Assembly: GCA_963752285.1 (NCBI GenBank)
Contig: CAVVXN010000002.1
Coordinates: forward strand, 96,001-160,000
Direction: 5' to 3'
Origin: an uncultured Planctomycetota bacterium
GTDB lineage: Bacteria > Planctomycetota > PLA2 > JAEUHO01
Length of the DNA stretch: 64,000 nt
Shown: piece after piece, positions 37,177-47,537 of the stretch
Layout of the letters: every line of letters starts with the position of its first letter
How positions within the stretch are numbered: the first letter of the stretch is position 1
Notes under the pieces: generated by a model
What the model saw: only the letters and a program-made list of their open reading frames with translations
Databases searched by the model: none
Told to the model about the DNA's origin: nothing
Position numbers and translations under genes: made by a program

Positions 37177-38691
37177 CGGCCCGGCCCCCCGGTCCACCCG
37201 CGGTCGGCCAGGACCCACGGGGAGAGGCCCGTCGTGGGCCGCGGCGCGGGGATCGCGGTCTTCGGCACGCGCTGGTGGAGGGCCAGCGCCGCGGCCACGG
37301 CGGGCACCACGTCGTCGCCGTCGAGGGGCGGCTTGGGGAGCGACTCGCCGATCGAGGTGTCGTAGGTGCCCGACGTGAAGCGCGGGTCGTCGAGCACGCG
37401 CAGCACGAAGGGGATGTTCGTCGTGAGGCCGGAGAGGCGCGTCTCGTGAAGGGCGCGGCGGAGCCGCTGGATCGCGGCTGCGCGGTCGTCGGCGTGCGCG
37501 ACGATCTTGGCGAGCAGGTTGTCGTAGTGGAGCGTCACGCGCTGGCCCGCGTACACGTGCGCGTCCACGCGCACGCCCGGGACCGCCGGGAAGCTGGACC
37601 GCGCCCAGCGTGCCGGTGCTCGGGAGGAAGCCCGCGTCGGCGTCCTCCGCGCAGATCCGTGCCTCGATGGCGTGGCCGCGGGAGCGCAGGTCCTCCTTTC
37701 GGAACGTGATCGCGTGTCCCTCGGCGATGCGGATCTGCTCCTTCACGAGGTCCACGCCGTAGCGAAGCTCCGTGATCGGGTGCTCGACCTGGATCCGGGT
37801 GTTCATCTCGAGGAAGTGGAACTGGCGGTCCGCGCCGACGAGGAACTCGACCGTGCCGGCGCTCACGTACCCGCAGGCCTTCGCGGCGTCCACGGCCGCG
37901 GTCTCCATCGCGTGGCGCATCTCCTCGGTCACGACCGGCGAGGGCGACTCCTCGACGACCTTCTGGTGGCGGCGCTGGACCGAGCACTCGCGCTCGCCGA
38001 CGGCCAACGTCGTGCCGTGCCGGTCGGCGAGGACCTGGATCTCGACGTGCCGCGGCTCCTCGACGAAGCGTTCGAGGTAGACCAGGCCGTCCCCGAAGGC
38101 GGTCTCGGCCTCCGACGACGCGCGCCGCACGGCTTCGACCACCTCCGAGACCTCCCGCACGAGCCGCATGCCCTTCCCGCCGCCGCCGAAGGCCGCCTTG
38201 ACGAGGAGGGGGAAGCCGACCGAGCGCGCCGCGGCCTCGATCCGCTCCGGCTCGCTCGCGTCCTCGAGGGTCGTCCCGGGGACCACCGGGACGCCGTGGC
38301 TCGTGACGGTCTTCCGCGCCGAGACCTTGTCGCCCATCTGTTCCATGGCCGAGGCGGGGGGACCGACGAAGACGAGCCCCGCCTCCTCGACCGCGCGCGC
38401 GAACCGGGCGTTCTCCGAGAGGAACCCGTAGCCCGGGTGGACCGCGTCCGCGCCGCTCTTCCTCGCGGCCGCGAGGATCGCCTCCACGTTCAGGTACGAG
38501 GCCCGGGGCTCGGGCGGGCCCAGTCGGTACGCCTCGTACGCCCCGCGCACGTGGAGGCTCGTCCGGTCGGCGTCCGAGTAGACGGCCACGGTCCGGATGC
38601 CGAGGTCGTGGGCCGCGCGGATGACCCGGATCGCGATCTCGCCGCGGTTCGCGACCAGGAGCTTTCGAATCGGGCGGGGCGCGGCGTTCAC
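37173..38691 (-). CDS. accC: Biotin carboxylase subunit (AccC/PccA-type), one-base frameshift near 37578
   Basis: ANRGEIA, HPGYGFLSEN, GGGGKGM, RECSVQRRHQK, EMNTRIQVEH; continues GVRVD...YDNLLAK in another frame. Confidence 0.88.
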
Positions 38692-38762
38692 GGGCGTCGG
38701 GGCACGACTCTACCCGGTCCCCCCGGCGCGCCGCGGTCCTCCCGGGACGGGTCGGCCGGGGG

Positions 38763-40298
38763 CTAGCGCCAGGGCGTCGGGCGCGGCTTCGCGTCGGAGA
38801 CGTGCTCGTGGGGCGGGTCCGGCTCGGTGCGGGACCCGTGCTCGTGCTCGTTCTCGTGCCCGGACGCGGCCTGCTTCTCGAGGAGGTCCTTCGCGGGACG
38901 CTCGGGCGTGCGGAGCGAGCGAAGGAACGAGAGCAGGTCCACTCGCTCCGTGTCGGAGAGATCCTGGAACGCGTCGCGCGCCCCCTCGGCCTCGCCGCCG
39001 TGGAGGAGGATCGCGTCCGTGAGCGTCATGGCGCGCCCGTCGTGGAGGTAGGGCGCGGTGTCGGCGACGCCCCACAGGCGGGCGGTGGTGAACTCGCGGT
39101 TCTGCTTCGCGTTGGCCCGCGCGAAGCCCTCGGCGAGTCCCGGCCCCATGTCGTGGCGCTTCAGGTCGGCGAAAAGGGGGACGTCCACGCCGCCGTCGTG
39201 GTTCTTCTGGAAGCCGGGCGGCGAGCGGGTCAGGTCGATGGAGAGGTACGCGTGGTCGAAGGGACGGACGCGGTCCTCGGGGAACCGGAGGGGCAGACGC
39301 TCGTGACGCGTCGCGAGCGTGGGGCGGTGGCAGTCCGCGCACCCGACGTCCAGGAAGAGCCGTTCTCCGCGCCGCGCCGACGCGCCCAGCCGCTCCATGA
39401 ACGGCCGCTCCAAGGTCGAGACGAACGAGCCCAGCGCGGAGAGCTCGCCCACCGACACCTCGTTCACGACGCCGTCCTGGTCGGCGTCCACGTCGGGGCC
39501 GACGTTCTCCACCGCCTGCATGCCCAGATGGAACTGGAGGGCGCCGACGTCGAACTCGCGCGACGTCGCGAACTCGCCCTTCCGCCCGAAGGGCTTGACC
39601 ACGAGGTCGTCGTCCACGCCCTCGACGCCCGACGTGTCGAGGCTCCCGTCCTCGTGCGCGACGAGCGTCCCGAAGGAGACGCCCTTCGTCACGAGGGCCA
39701 CGGGCGTCCCCGGCGCGTCGAGGGCCGCCTGCCGGAGGGCCTGCAGGTCGGCCGTCATCTCGAGCCCCAGGAGCTCGACCCCGCCCAGCCCGAACACGAA
39801 GGGCGGGTTCGCGAAGCGTCCGTCGAAGCCCGCGTGACCGACGTCGTTGTGGTCCGCGACATCGATCGCGGTCGGCTGGACGATCGCGTTGTTGTTGGCG
39901 GTCCCGACGCCGCCGATCCCGAGTCGAGCGGGCACGCTCGCGGCGCTGACGATGCTGTGGCAGTCGAGGCACGACTGCGCGTCGAGCCCGTTCACGCGGA
40001 GGAACGTGCCGTTGCCCTGGAGCGTGGGCCGACCGCCGGGCGAGGTCGTGTCGGTGCGGTTCTCGGGACCGTCGCCGTAGCCGTCGAGCCGGTTGAACGG
40101 CGTCGAGAACACGCGCATGCCGGCCATGCGGAGCGCCGCGAGGTCGAGCTCACCGCTCGTGATCTGGTCCTGCGAGATCCGGGGATGGAGCGCCGGCGCC
40201 TCCCCGGGCGCGGCGAGGGCGAGCGCGGCGAGCGCGAGGGGCACGGCGAGACCCAAGAGCATCGGACCGAGCGACGTGCGGACGACGGGGGACGCCAT
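38763..40298 (-). CDS. Di-heme oxidoreductase (DHOR)-family protein
   Basis: Signal peptide; CLDCH and CADCH; FGLG, FGRKG, DLKRHDMG, LWGV...PYLHDGRA.TL..AI..HGGE. Confidence 0.85.
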   Translation of the reverse strand: MASPVVRTSLGPMLLGLAVPLALAALALAAPGEAPALHPRISQDQITSGELDLAALRMAGMRVFSTPFNRLDGYGDGPENRTDTTSPGGRPTLQGNGTFLRVNGLDAQSCLDCHSIVSAASVPARLGIGGVGTANNNAIVQPTAIDVADHNDVGHAGFDGRFANPPFVFGLGGVELLGLEMTADLQALRQAALDAPGTPVALVTKGVSFGTLVAHEDGSLDTSGVEGVDDDLVVKPFGRKGEFATSREFDVGALQFHLGMQAVENVGPDVDADQDGVVNEVSVGELSALGSFVSTLERPFMERLGASARRGERLFLDVGCADCHRPTLATRHERLPLRFPEDRVRPFDHAYLSIDLTRSPPGFQKNHDGGVDVPLFADLKRHDMGPGLAEGFARANAKQNREFTTARLWGVADTAPYLHDGRAMTLTDAILLHGGEAEGARDAFQDLSDTERVDLLSFLRSLRTPERPAKDLLEKQAASGHENEHEHGSRTEPDPPHEHVSDAKPRPTPWR

Positions 40299-40564
40299 GC
40301 GGTTGCTCCGACGCGCGGCGGAGGCGGACGCGCGGCCTCTGCGGGACCGGGCGGTCCCGTCCACGATCTCCTCCTCGGGGCGCCCGAGAGTGTACCGTTC
40401 CCTCCCTCTCGGAAGGGAGCCCCCGGCGAGGCCGCCATCGCGCCGCACGCCCGGTCCAGGCGGGCGCCCTCGGCTCGCGAGGCCGAGTCGCCGAGCCCCG
40501 GACGACGGTCGTTGACCGGCGTGGACGCGGGCCGCCTCGGTACGTGGACATGTCCGCGCGGCGG

Positions 40565-40744
40565 GCCCGGCGCGGTCAGAGCGGGATGTTCCCGTGCTTC
40601 TTCGGGGGGTTTCGGTCGCGCTTCGTCTCGAGGATCGAGAGGGCCGAGATCAGGCGCGGGCGCGTGCGGCGCGGCTCGATCACGTCGTCGAGGTAGCCGC
40701 GCTCGGCCGCGGAGTAGGGGTTCGCGAAGCGCTCGCGGTAGGCC
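40565..40744 (-). repeat. Orphan copy of the pccB 3' end (direct repeat of 48447-48626)
   Basis: 180 bp identical except at 40638/48520 and 40672/48554; encodes [10 protein letters not shown]...KKHGNIPL*. Confidence 0.95.
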
Positions 40745-41492
40745 ACCCTTCCTGGCGCCCGTCGTACGCGGTGAGGGGCCAACGGCGGCGGAGGGCGAGA
40801 GCTCCAAGGCCTAAGCCGAGCAGGGCCAAGGTGCCAGGCTCAGGCACGGGCTGGGCGCTGGTGACGGTGATGCTGGCCGCGTTCTCCGCCGTGAGAAATC
40901 CGACGCCAGAGATCGAAGCCCGGATCCCGTAGGTCCCCGGCGAGGCGAGCGAGGTGAAGAACGACGGGGCGATCGAGACTTCCTGCGTCAGCCCGTGAAA
41001 TGCGTACAGGGCATAGTAGCCGTCGTCGAACCCTCCCCCGTAGAGGTCAAAGCGGATGAGGCCGTAGCCGGCCGGGATACTCGAGACGCTGACCTCGAGC
41101 ACGAGTGTCCCACCAGTCGTGATCGAGTAGGAGTCTCCGATGCTGAACGAGATCGAGGAGGGATTGTCGCCAGCGAACGGATTGGGGTCGGAGGCGTCAC
41201 CCCAACCATCGCCGTCCGAGTCAATCTGGTCGGGATCCGAAACCGTGGGGGCATCGTCGTTGACGTCGGTGACGCCGTCGCCATCGACATCCTGCCTGCT
41301 GACGGTGGACCACGTGGTGATCGAATCCGCCCGCGCGACGGTCGGGAGCAAGGCGGATGAGAAGAGGAGGACCAACAGAAGGCCCACGGCCCGGCGCGCG
41401 CGCGACCACCCGAGACCCCACCGATCCGAGGGCACACGGACCCGGCAAGCCTTGGCCCGGGACCGGGGAAGTGACACAGGGTGGAACGACAT
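40680..41492 (-). CDS. PEP-CTERM protein with thrombospondin type-3-like Ca-binding repeat
   Basis: DVDGDGVTDVNDDAP...DQIDSDGDGWGDASD; VPEPGTLALLGLGLGALALRRR; stop lies inside the pccB repeat. Confidence 0.85.
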   Translation of the reverse strand: MSFHPVSLPRSRAKACRVRVPSDRWGLGWSRARRAVGLLLVLLFSSALLPTVARADSITTWSTVSRQDVDGDGVTDVNDDAPTVSDPDQIDSDGDGWGDASDPNPFAGDNPSSISFSIGDSYSITTGGTLVLEVSVSSIPAGYGLIRFDLYGGGFDDGYYALYAFHGLTQEVSIAPSFFTSLASPGTYGIRASISGVGFLTAENAASITVTSAQPVPEPGTLALLGLGLGALALRRRWPLTAYDGRQEGWPTASASRTPTPRPSAATSTT

Positions 41493-41542
41493 CTGCGGCG
41501 CCCTCCGGCTTGGGGGGCATGACCCCCACCTCGCGACCTCGC

Positions 41543-42343
41543 CTACCCACCCGATTGCGTGTTTGTGGTCGCGGACCGGCGGCCGCGGCGACGACGAAGC
41601 CCCACGAATCCCACGGTTCCCAGTCCCAGCAAGGTCAGCGTCGCCGGCTCGGGGACCGGCGTCGGGGCGAAGGCATCGAGCTCGGCGACGCGCGCACCCT
41701 GGTTGGTGGGATTCTGAAACCAGGCCTGGAAGGTCTGCGCGGTGAAGTCGGGGACGTCCACGTTCCACTGGATGAAATTGGCCAGGGTGGACTCCTGGGT
41801 CCCCGTGCCGCCGTATTGCGAGACCGGCTGGGAATACCCGAGTGGACGCTGGAATTGGGCGGAGTAGACGAGGACCATCCCTGAGCCGAGGTCCGCGTAG
41901 AGCGAGAAGTACTGAACGCCGCGATGCCAGTCGTAGTCGCTGTCCGAGGCGGCCGTCAACGTGAAGCGATCGACGGTGACGGGCGCGGCGGTCTGGAACG
42001 TGACCGACGTCCAGTAGGGGGTCGAGGCGGAGTCATAGAAGATCGTGTTCCCCGGTTCGACGGAACCGTAGGTCCCTCCGAGCATGTTCCGCAGGTCCGA
42101 GCCGGTAACCGTGGAGCTCCCGGTGACCACGGTCGTGCCCTGGGACACGTCCCAGAGGTCGTCCGAGGTGATGGCGTCGGCCCGGGCGACGGCGGGAAGC
42201 AGGGCCATGGCGAGGAAGGGGGCCAGGAGGAAGGTTGCGGGACGGCCGGCTCGGCCGATCGGAAGAACCACCCGATGGGCGGTCGATCCGACACGGCGGA
42301 TGGGCTTCCGGCGAGGCGAGGGACCAGAGGTGATCGACGGCAT
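41543..42343 (-). CDS. PEP-CTERM surface protein
   Basis: Signal ending VARA; VPEPATLTLLGLGTVGFVGLRRRR. Confidence 0.88.
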   Translation of the reverse strand: MPSITSGPSPRRKPIRRVGSTAHRVVLPIGRAGRPATFLLAPFLAMALLPAVARADAITSDDLWDVSQGTTVVTGSSTVTGSDLRNMLGGTYGSVEPGNTIFYDSASTPYWTSVTFQTAAPVTVDRFTLTAASDSDYDWHRGVQYFSLYADLGSGMVLVYSAQFQRPLGYSQPVSQYGGTGTQESTLANFIQWNVDVPDFTAQTFQAWFQNPTNQGARVAELDAFAPTPVPEPATLTLLGLGTVGFVGLRRRRGRRSATTNTQSGG

Positions 42344-42468
42344 GGGGGGCTCCACAGCTCGGGGGGGTGAGCCTCCCGCACTCCCAATGGCGGGCTCGCC
42401 TCGGAACCGGACATGGGAAGCCAGGCGCCGACGATTTGACGCCTCGCACGGCAGCCCGACGCATCGAC

Positions 42469-42721
42469 GTACGCGAAGGACTCGGGCCAGCCGGCGAACG
42501 CAGGGTGGAGGCCGTCCAGCACCTGGCGCACGCGCTTGGCGCTCCCGCCGTAGACCTGGCTCGAAGACCTCGCGTCCGGTCGGCGCGGAGCGCCCGGGAT
42601 CGGCGGGCGGCGTGTGGGCCGAGGAGAGGGACGAGGGACGGGCTCTCCCTGGCGACGCCCGGGGGCGGGGCGCCTCGAGACGGCCGAGGGCCTCCACCCG
42701 GGGCACCCAGGCCACCTCGTC
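42469..42721 (-). pseudogene. Decayed, internally deleted remnant of a NUDIX-CMD gene homologous to 12137-13219
   Basis: DEVAWVPRVEALGRLEAP vs DEVRWVLRDDALVCLEAP; GREVFE/QVYGGSAKRVRQVLDGLHPAFAGWPESFAY vs GREVFEQVYGETAARVREGLERLDPALARWTEAFAY. Confidence 0.75.
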
Positions 42722-42739
42722 GGTCGCGGCCTCGGGATC

Positions 42740-45700
42740 TCAACCGGCCGCCGCTCCCGCCTCGACGATCGCTTGGTGGAGGAAGACCTTGGTAAGCATG
42801 GATGCACGACACTCCGGCGGCGCGCGTTCGACGAGCAGGTCGAGCCGCCGGCGGGCGTCCGCGAGGTGTGCGGGGTCGCCGGTCGCCTGCCAGAGCGCGA
42901 AGCGCGCTTCCATGGCCCACGTGGCCGGGAGCCGGCGCCCGTATCGCTCCAGCCTTTCGATCGCCAGGGCCGCGGTGCCCCCCGGCAGCGAGGCCGCGTG
43001 GGCGGTGGCGAGGACCGAGAGCTCCGCGTGCGCACCGCCCTGCGGCGCCCGTAGCACGGCGGCGAAATCGGCTCGCGCCTCCTCGACGCGGCCGAGCCGT
43101 TCGAGGAGGACGCCGCGGGACAGTCGCGTCTCCGCCGCGGCGACGGCGTCTCCGAGGCCCTCGCGAATGGCGAGCGCTCTCTCGAACGCCGAGAACGCGC
43201 GCTGGGGATCGCCCGACTCCCGCTCCAGCTCGCCGAGGTGGTGCCACGCGAGGCTCTCCGACAGACGAGCTCCGAGACGATCGAGGGCCTCGATGCCCCG
43301 CTCGAGACACTCGTGGGCCTCGGCGGCGAGGCCCAGCGCGGTCAGGACGCCACCCAGCCACACCTGGTTCGTGGCGAGCGCGCGGTGCGCCTGGATCTCG
43401 CGCGCCAGCGCGAGCCCCCGCTCGTAGCCGGTCCGGGCGGCTCCGAGGTGCCCCACGCGGTGGGACTCGATCGCGAGGCTCAGGATGGCGTACATCTCAC
43501 CGCGTCGGCTGCCGAGCTGGCGGCAGAGCGCGGCGCTGCGCTCCTGCCACTCCGTGGTCGGGCCCGGTGTGATTCCTCCTCCGCCCGAACCGTCCGCGTC
43601 CTCGACCCGGGCGCCGCAGAGGCGCGCGAACTCGAGCGCCTTCTCCGCCGTCTCGAGTCGCGCACGCTCCCGGGACGTCGCGCCGAGCACCTCCGCGAGC
43701 GAGCCGGCGGCCCGGAACCGCGTCTCGATGTCCCCGGACTCGCCCGTGAGATGGACCGCCTCCGCCGCCGTCGCGCAGGCGTCTTGGGTGCGGCCGAGCC
43801 TCCACAGGGCCGCCGCACGGCTGCACAGGGCGTCCGCGCGGGCGCCGGGGGCGAGGGGCCGTGCAAGCCCGAGCGCGAGGTCGCAGAGCCGCACGCCCGC
43901 CTCCAGCCGGTCCTGCGCCTCCAGATGAGCGAAGGCCGCGGCGAGATACCGCTCCGCGCGCGCGCCCAGACCTCCGAGGAGGAAGTGCTCGGCGAGCGCG
44001 ACGCAGAGGTTTCCCTCGAGGTCCTGCGCAACCATGGACGCGGCGCCGGCGCGCGCCTCGAGCGCGTCTCCGATCGCGGCGTGGTATGCGGCCCGCAAGG
44101 GCTCGGAGAGACGCGCGACGATCGTCTCCTGCACGACGTGGTGGTCGAAGGTGCAGAGCGCGCCGACGGACCGGACGAGGCGGTGTGAACGTTCGATTCT
44201 CGCGAGCCGCTGCAGGAGAACGAGGGGCGGGACACCGGCGGCGTGACTCACGAGGAGCGGGTCGAACTCGAACCCGCAACACGCCGCGACGTCCAGGGCC
44301 TCGCGCTCCTCGGGATCGAGCCCCGAGAGGCGGGCCTCCACGACCCCGACGAGCGACGGGGGCACCCGCGCCTCGCGGAGCCCGTCCGTCGTGATCCACG
44401 TTCCGTCGGGCCGTCGCGTGAGGAACCGACCCTCCTTGAGACCTCGCAGGATCTCGAACACGAAGAACGGGTTCCCGTCCGACTTCGCGGCGATCTGGAA
44501 GGTCAGGTCCTCGGCGAGATGCTCCGAGCCGAGGGCGTCCACGAGCAGTCGTGTGAGGTCCTTGGGGCCGAGCCGGGCCGGCACGAGGCGCGTGAGGGCG
44601 AGCTCGCCCTCGAGGCTCGACCGCCACGCGGGCGGGAGTCCCGGCCTGGAGGTGCCGATCAGGAGGAGGCGGTGGCCGCGTCCCCCGAACGCCAGCGCGG
44701 CGAAGAGGCCACGGGCTTCCTCCGTTGCGAAGTGCAGGTCTTCGATCCAGACGATCGTCGGACGTTCCGCCGCGAGGGAGCGAGCGACGTGCACGAACGC
44801 CGCCTGGAGCGCGTCCCGGCCGAGCGGCTCCTCGTGGGCCGGTCTCGGCTCGCCGCGAAGGTGGGCGGCGAACGCCTGGACGAGACCCGGCGCCTGGGCC
44901 AGACGAGGCCGCAGGGCGTCCTCGAGGCCGAGCTCGCCGAAGTGCTCCAGGAAGGCGGAGGCGAGGGCGCCCGTTGCGGTCGCCGCCCCCCCGGGGGGGT
45001 GGGTGCCGATGAGGAGGGTCATGGGCTCCCCCTCGCGCTCGAGACGCCCCACGAACTCGTCCACGACGCGGCTCTTCCCGATCCCCGCCTCCCCTTCGAC
45101 GAGGACCACCTGCCCCTCGCCGGCTTTGGCGCGCGCGTAGAGGCCGCCGAGCCTCCGGAGCTCCTCGTCCCTGCCATAGAGCGCCGTGTCCCGCGGCGCT
45201 CGCATGCGCCGCGGCGCGCGCTGGCCGGCGCGTCGGACCGCTTGGGATCGCTGGCGCCACCACGCCGACCCCTCGCCGTCCTCGAGGACGGTCAGGACAT
45301 CGTCGGCGGAGACCGGACGGCCGTGGGGGTCCTTGGCGAGCAGCTCGTGGACCAGCGCTTCGAAGAAGGGGCTCAGCTGCGGCTCGATTTCCGAGCACGG
45401 GCGGGGCGTTTCTTCTGCGATCTTCCGGAGGACGACGCGCACGTCGTCGTGCCGGAATGGATGAACTCCCGTCGCCATCTCGTAGAGCAGGAGGCCCAGG
45501 GCGAAGAGGTCCACGCGGACCGTGACGGCGCCGCCCGCGCACAGCTGCTCGGGCGCCGCGTAGAGGAGCGAGCCGACGAACGCTCCCGTCTGCGAGATGG
45601 CCGCCGCGTCGTCCGTCAGGCGTGCGACGCCGAGGTCCATGAGCTTGACGAGATGGTCCTTCGTGATGAGCACGTTCTCGGGCTTCAGATCCCGGTGCAC

Positions 45701-46309
45701 GGCACCGACGGCGTGGACCGCGGAAAGGGCACGCGCCACCTCGCGTCCGACGTGACGGCAAAGTTCCTCGGGAACGCGACCGAGCTCTTCGATGAAGCTT
45801 CGGAGCGTCTGCCCCTCGACGTGCTCCAGGACGAGAAAGTGCTCCGAGACGCCGCCCGCGACCGCGGTGCCGCACGTATGGGTGCGAACGACGTTTCGGT
45901 GGACCGCGCGCTGCCCGATCTCGACCTCCCGTCGGAAGCGCTCGAGGAACCCGTGGCGCCGCAGCAGGTGGCGGTGGACCACCTTCACCGCGACGAGGGT
46001 GCCCCGCGCGAGGCCGGCGACCTCGCCGACGACCTCCGCCCGGTAGACCGTCCCCATGCCGCCGGAGCCGATCTCGGCGACGAGGCGGTAGGGCCCCAGA
46101 CGTCCCTCCCGGGCGGGTCGCGCCCTGGCGGGCAGCTCGTCCTCGAGAACCTCGTCGAGGAGCGCGAGCGCGTGAATACGGGCGCGCAGCTCGTCGGCGA
46201 CGTCGGGGTTCGCCAGGAGGATGCGGTCGGCCTCGGCCATCGCGCCCTGCTCGCGGTGCGCGAACCACGCCTCGAAGAGGGCTTCGACGCGCTCGCCCGC
46301 CCTGGTCAC
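42740..46309 (-). CDS. Hanks-type Ser/Thr kinase + STAND-like AAA ATPase + TPR protein
   Basis: GSGGMGTVY, VAVK, HRDLKPEN, DLG, APE; GEAGIGKS, IEDLH, GNPFF; C-terminal TPRs; GTGA coupled to the sigma gene. Confidence 0.9.
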   Translation of the reverse strand: MTRAGERVEALFEAWFAHREQGAMAEADRILLANPDVADELRARIHALALLDEVLEDELPARARPAREGRLGPYRLVAEIGSGGMGTVYRAEVVGEVAGLARGTLVAVKVVHRHLLRRHGFLERFRREVEIGQRAVHRNVVRTHTCGTAVAGGVSEHFLVLEHVEGQTLRSFIEELGRVPEELCRHVGREVARALSAVHAVGAVHRDLKPENVLITKDHLVKLMDLGVARLTDDAAAISQTGAFVGSLLYAAPEQLCAGGAVTVRVDLFALGLLLYEMATGVHPFRHDDVRVVLRKIAEETPRPCSEIEPQLSPFFEALVHELLAKDPHGRPVSADDVLTVLEDGEGSAWWRQRSQAVRRAGQRAPRRMRAPRDTALYGRDEELRRLGGLYARAKAGEGQVVLVEGEAGIGKSRVVDEFVGRLEREGEPMTLLIGTHPPGGAATATGALASAFLEHFGELGLEDALRPRLAQAPGLVQAFAAHLRGEPRPAHEEPLGRDALQAAFVHVARSLAAERPTIVWIEDLHFATEEARGLFAALAFGGRGHRLLLIGTSRPGLPPAWRSSLEGELALTRLVPARLGPKDLTRLLVDALGSEHLAEDLTFQIAAKSDGNPFFVFEILRGLKEGRFLTRRPDGTWITTDGLREARVPPSLVGVVEARLSGLDPEEREALDVAACCGFEFDPLLVSHAAGVPPLVLLQRLARIERSHRLVRSVGALCTFDHHVVQETIVARLSEPLRAAYHAAIGDALEARAGAASMVAQDLEGNLCVALAEHFLLGGLGARAERYLAAAFAHLEAQDRLEAGVRLCDLALGLARPLAPGARADALCSRAAALWRLGRTQDACATAAEAVHLTGESGDIETRFRAAGSLAEVLGATSRERARLETAEKALEFARLCGARVEDADGSGGGGITPGPTTEWQERSAALCRQLGSRRGEMYAILSLAIESHRVGHLGAARTGYERGLALAREIQAHRALATNQVWLGGVLTALGLAAEAHECLERGIEALDRLGARLSESLAWHHLGELERESGDPQRAFSAFERALAIREGLGDAVAAAETRLSRGVLLERLGRVEEARADFAAVLRAPQGGAHAELSVLATAHAASLPGGTAALAIERLERYGRRLPATWAMEARFALWQATGDPAHLADARRRLDLLVERAPPECRASMLTKVFLHQAIVEAGAAAG

Positions 46310-46935
46310 GCGCCGCCTCCCTCGCGGGTCATCTGCCGGGTGAACGCCGACACCGCGCGCGCGTAGGCCTTGCGCACGGCGTCGTCCGAGCGTCCCAGAC
46401 GGCGGGCCGCCTCGCTCAGGCGGAGCCCTTCGCCGTGAACGAGCCGGAGGATCTGCCGGTGGGCGGGCGAGAGCACGTCGATCGTCCTGTGGACGCTCCG
46501 CCGCGTCTCCTCCGCCATCGCGATCGAGCTGGGGGTCGGAGTCGCTCTCGACGGGAGCCCTTGGACCCCGCTCTCGGAGGGCTGCCTCACCTCGCGCCGC
46601 GCCGAGCGCTTGCCCGTGCCGAGGTGTCGGCGGACCTGCTCGCGCACCTTGTTCTCGAGGATCTTCGCGATCCACCGTCCGAACGACCCTTCGCCGCGGT
46701 CCGTGAAGTCCGCCAGGCGCAGGAACGCGGTCAGGTAGGCCTCCTGGAGGACGTCGGAGGCCGAGACCTTGCCGCGCAGGAGCGAGGGCAGCCGTGCGCG
46801 GACGCGCGCGCGGAGCCGCGCGACGTGGCGGTCGAAGAGCACCGCCGCCGCCCTCTCGTCGCCGCTCCGGGCCCGCCGGACGAGCTCCTCGTCCGTGGCC
46901 CCCGCCTCCGGTTCCGGAACGACCTCCGATCCCAC
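46306..46935 (-). CDS. ECF sigma factor, kinase-associated type
   Basis: DEELVRRARSGD, LRGKVSASDVLQE, FGRWI, TPS, region 4 EAARRLGRS..AVRK. Confidence 0.9.
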   Translation of the reverse strand: MGSEVVPEPEAGATDEELVRRARSGDERAAAVLFDRHVARLRARVRARLPSLLRGKVSASDVLQEAYLTAFLRLADFTDRGEGSFGRWIAKILENKVREQVRRHLGTGKRSARREVRQPSESGVQGLPSRATPTPSSIAMAEETRRSVHRTIDVLSPAHRQILRLVHGEGLRLSEAARRLGRSDDAVRKAYARAVSAFTRQMTREGGGA

Positions 46936-47020
46936 GGGGGCGGGATCCTAGGGCCTCGGACCGGGAACCGCAAGTCGCCCCGACGCACGCGACGGCCCGG
47001 CCCCCTGCGCGGGCCGGCAC

Positions 47021-47476
47021 CTACGCCCGGGCGCGGGTGGCCGCCCGGCTCTGGCGCCAGGCGGGCCGCGGGTCGTCCGTGGTGAAGCAGGGGACGAGCC
47101 CGGCGGGGTCCAGGTACTCCCGAAATCGCGCGATCCGGCCGCCCTCGAGGTCGAAGACCTGGACCCACTCGTAGTGGAACGGCTTCTGGGTCTTGATCGC
47201 TCGCCCCCGCGTCTCCCCGATGACCACCACGCGGCCCGGGCGGGCGAACCGGTCGTGGAGGCGGTAGCCGTCGTACGCCACGAAGGGGTCTCGGAGGGCC
47301 ATGAACTGCCGGACGCCGTCGTAGCCCGAGTACACCGGCTCGAACGGGATGTACGGCACCTCCGGGACCTCGAAGGTAACGTCGGGGGTCATCGTGGCGA
47401 GGAGCCCGTCCAGGTCGCCGCGTCCGAACGCGGCGTAGAACTCGGCGACGACGTCCAGCTCGGTCGGGTCGGCCAC
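47021..47476 (-). CDS. SnoaL-like / NTF2-family protein
   Basis: FYAAFGRGD, YSGYDGV..F, GRIARFREYLD. Confidence 0.85.
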   Translation of the reverse strand: MADPTELDVVAEFYAAFGRGDLDGLLATMTPDVTFEVPEVPYIPFEPVYSGYDGVRQFMALRDPFVAYDGYRLHDRFARPGRVVVIGETRGRAIKTQKPFHYEWVQVFDLEGGRIARFREYLDPAGLVPCFTTDDPRPAWRQSRAATRARA

Positions 47477-47537
47477 ACGCGGATCGTACCGACCCGCGTC
47501 TCCGCCTGCAAAGCCCCCCGGGCGGGGGCCGGGGACC

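Noticed and set aside
36652..38691. Single 679-aa biotin carboxylase-BCCP polypeptide
   Set aside because: The middle is out-of-frame nonsense; the true BC C-terminus is in the 37173-37574 frame and BCCP starts at TTG 37176
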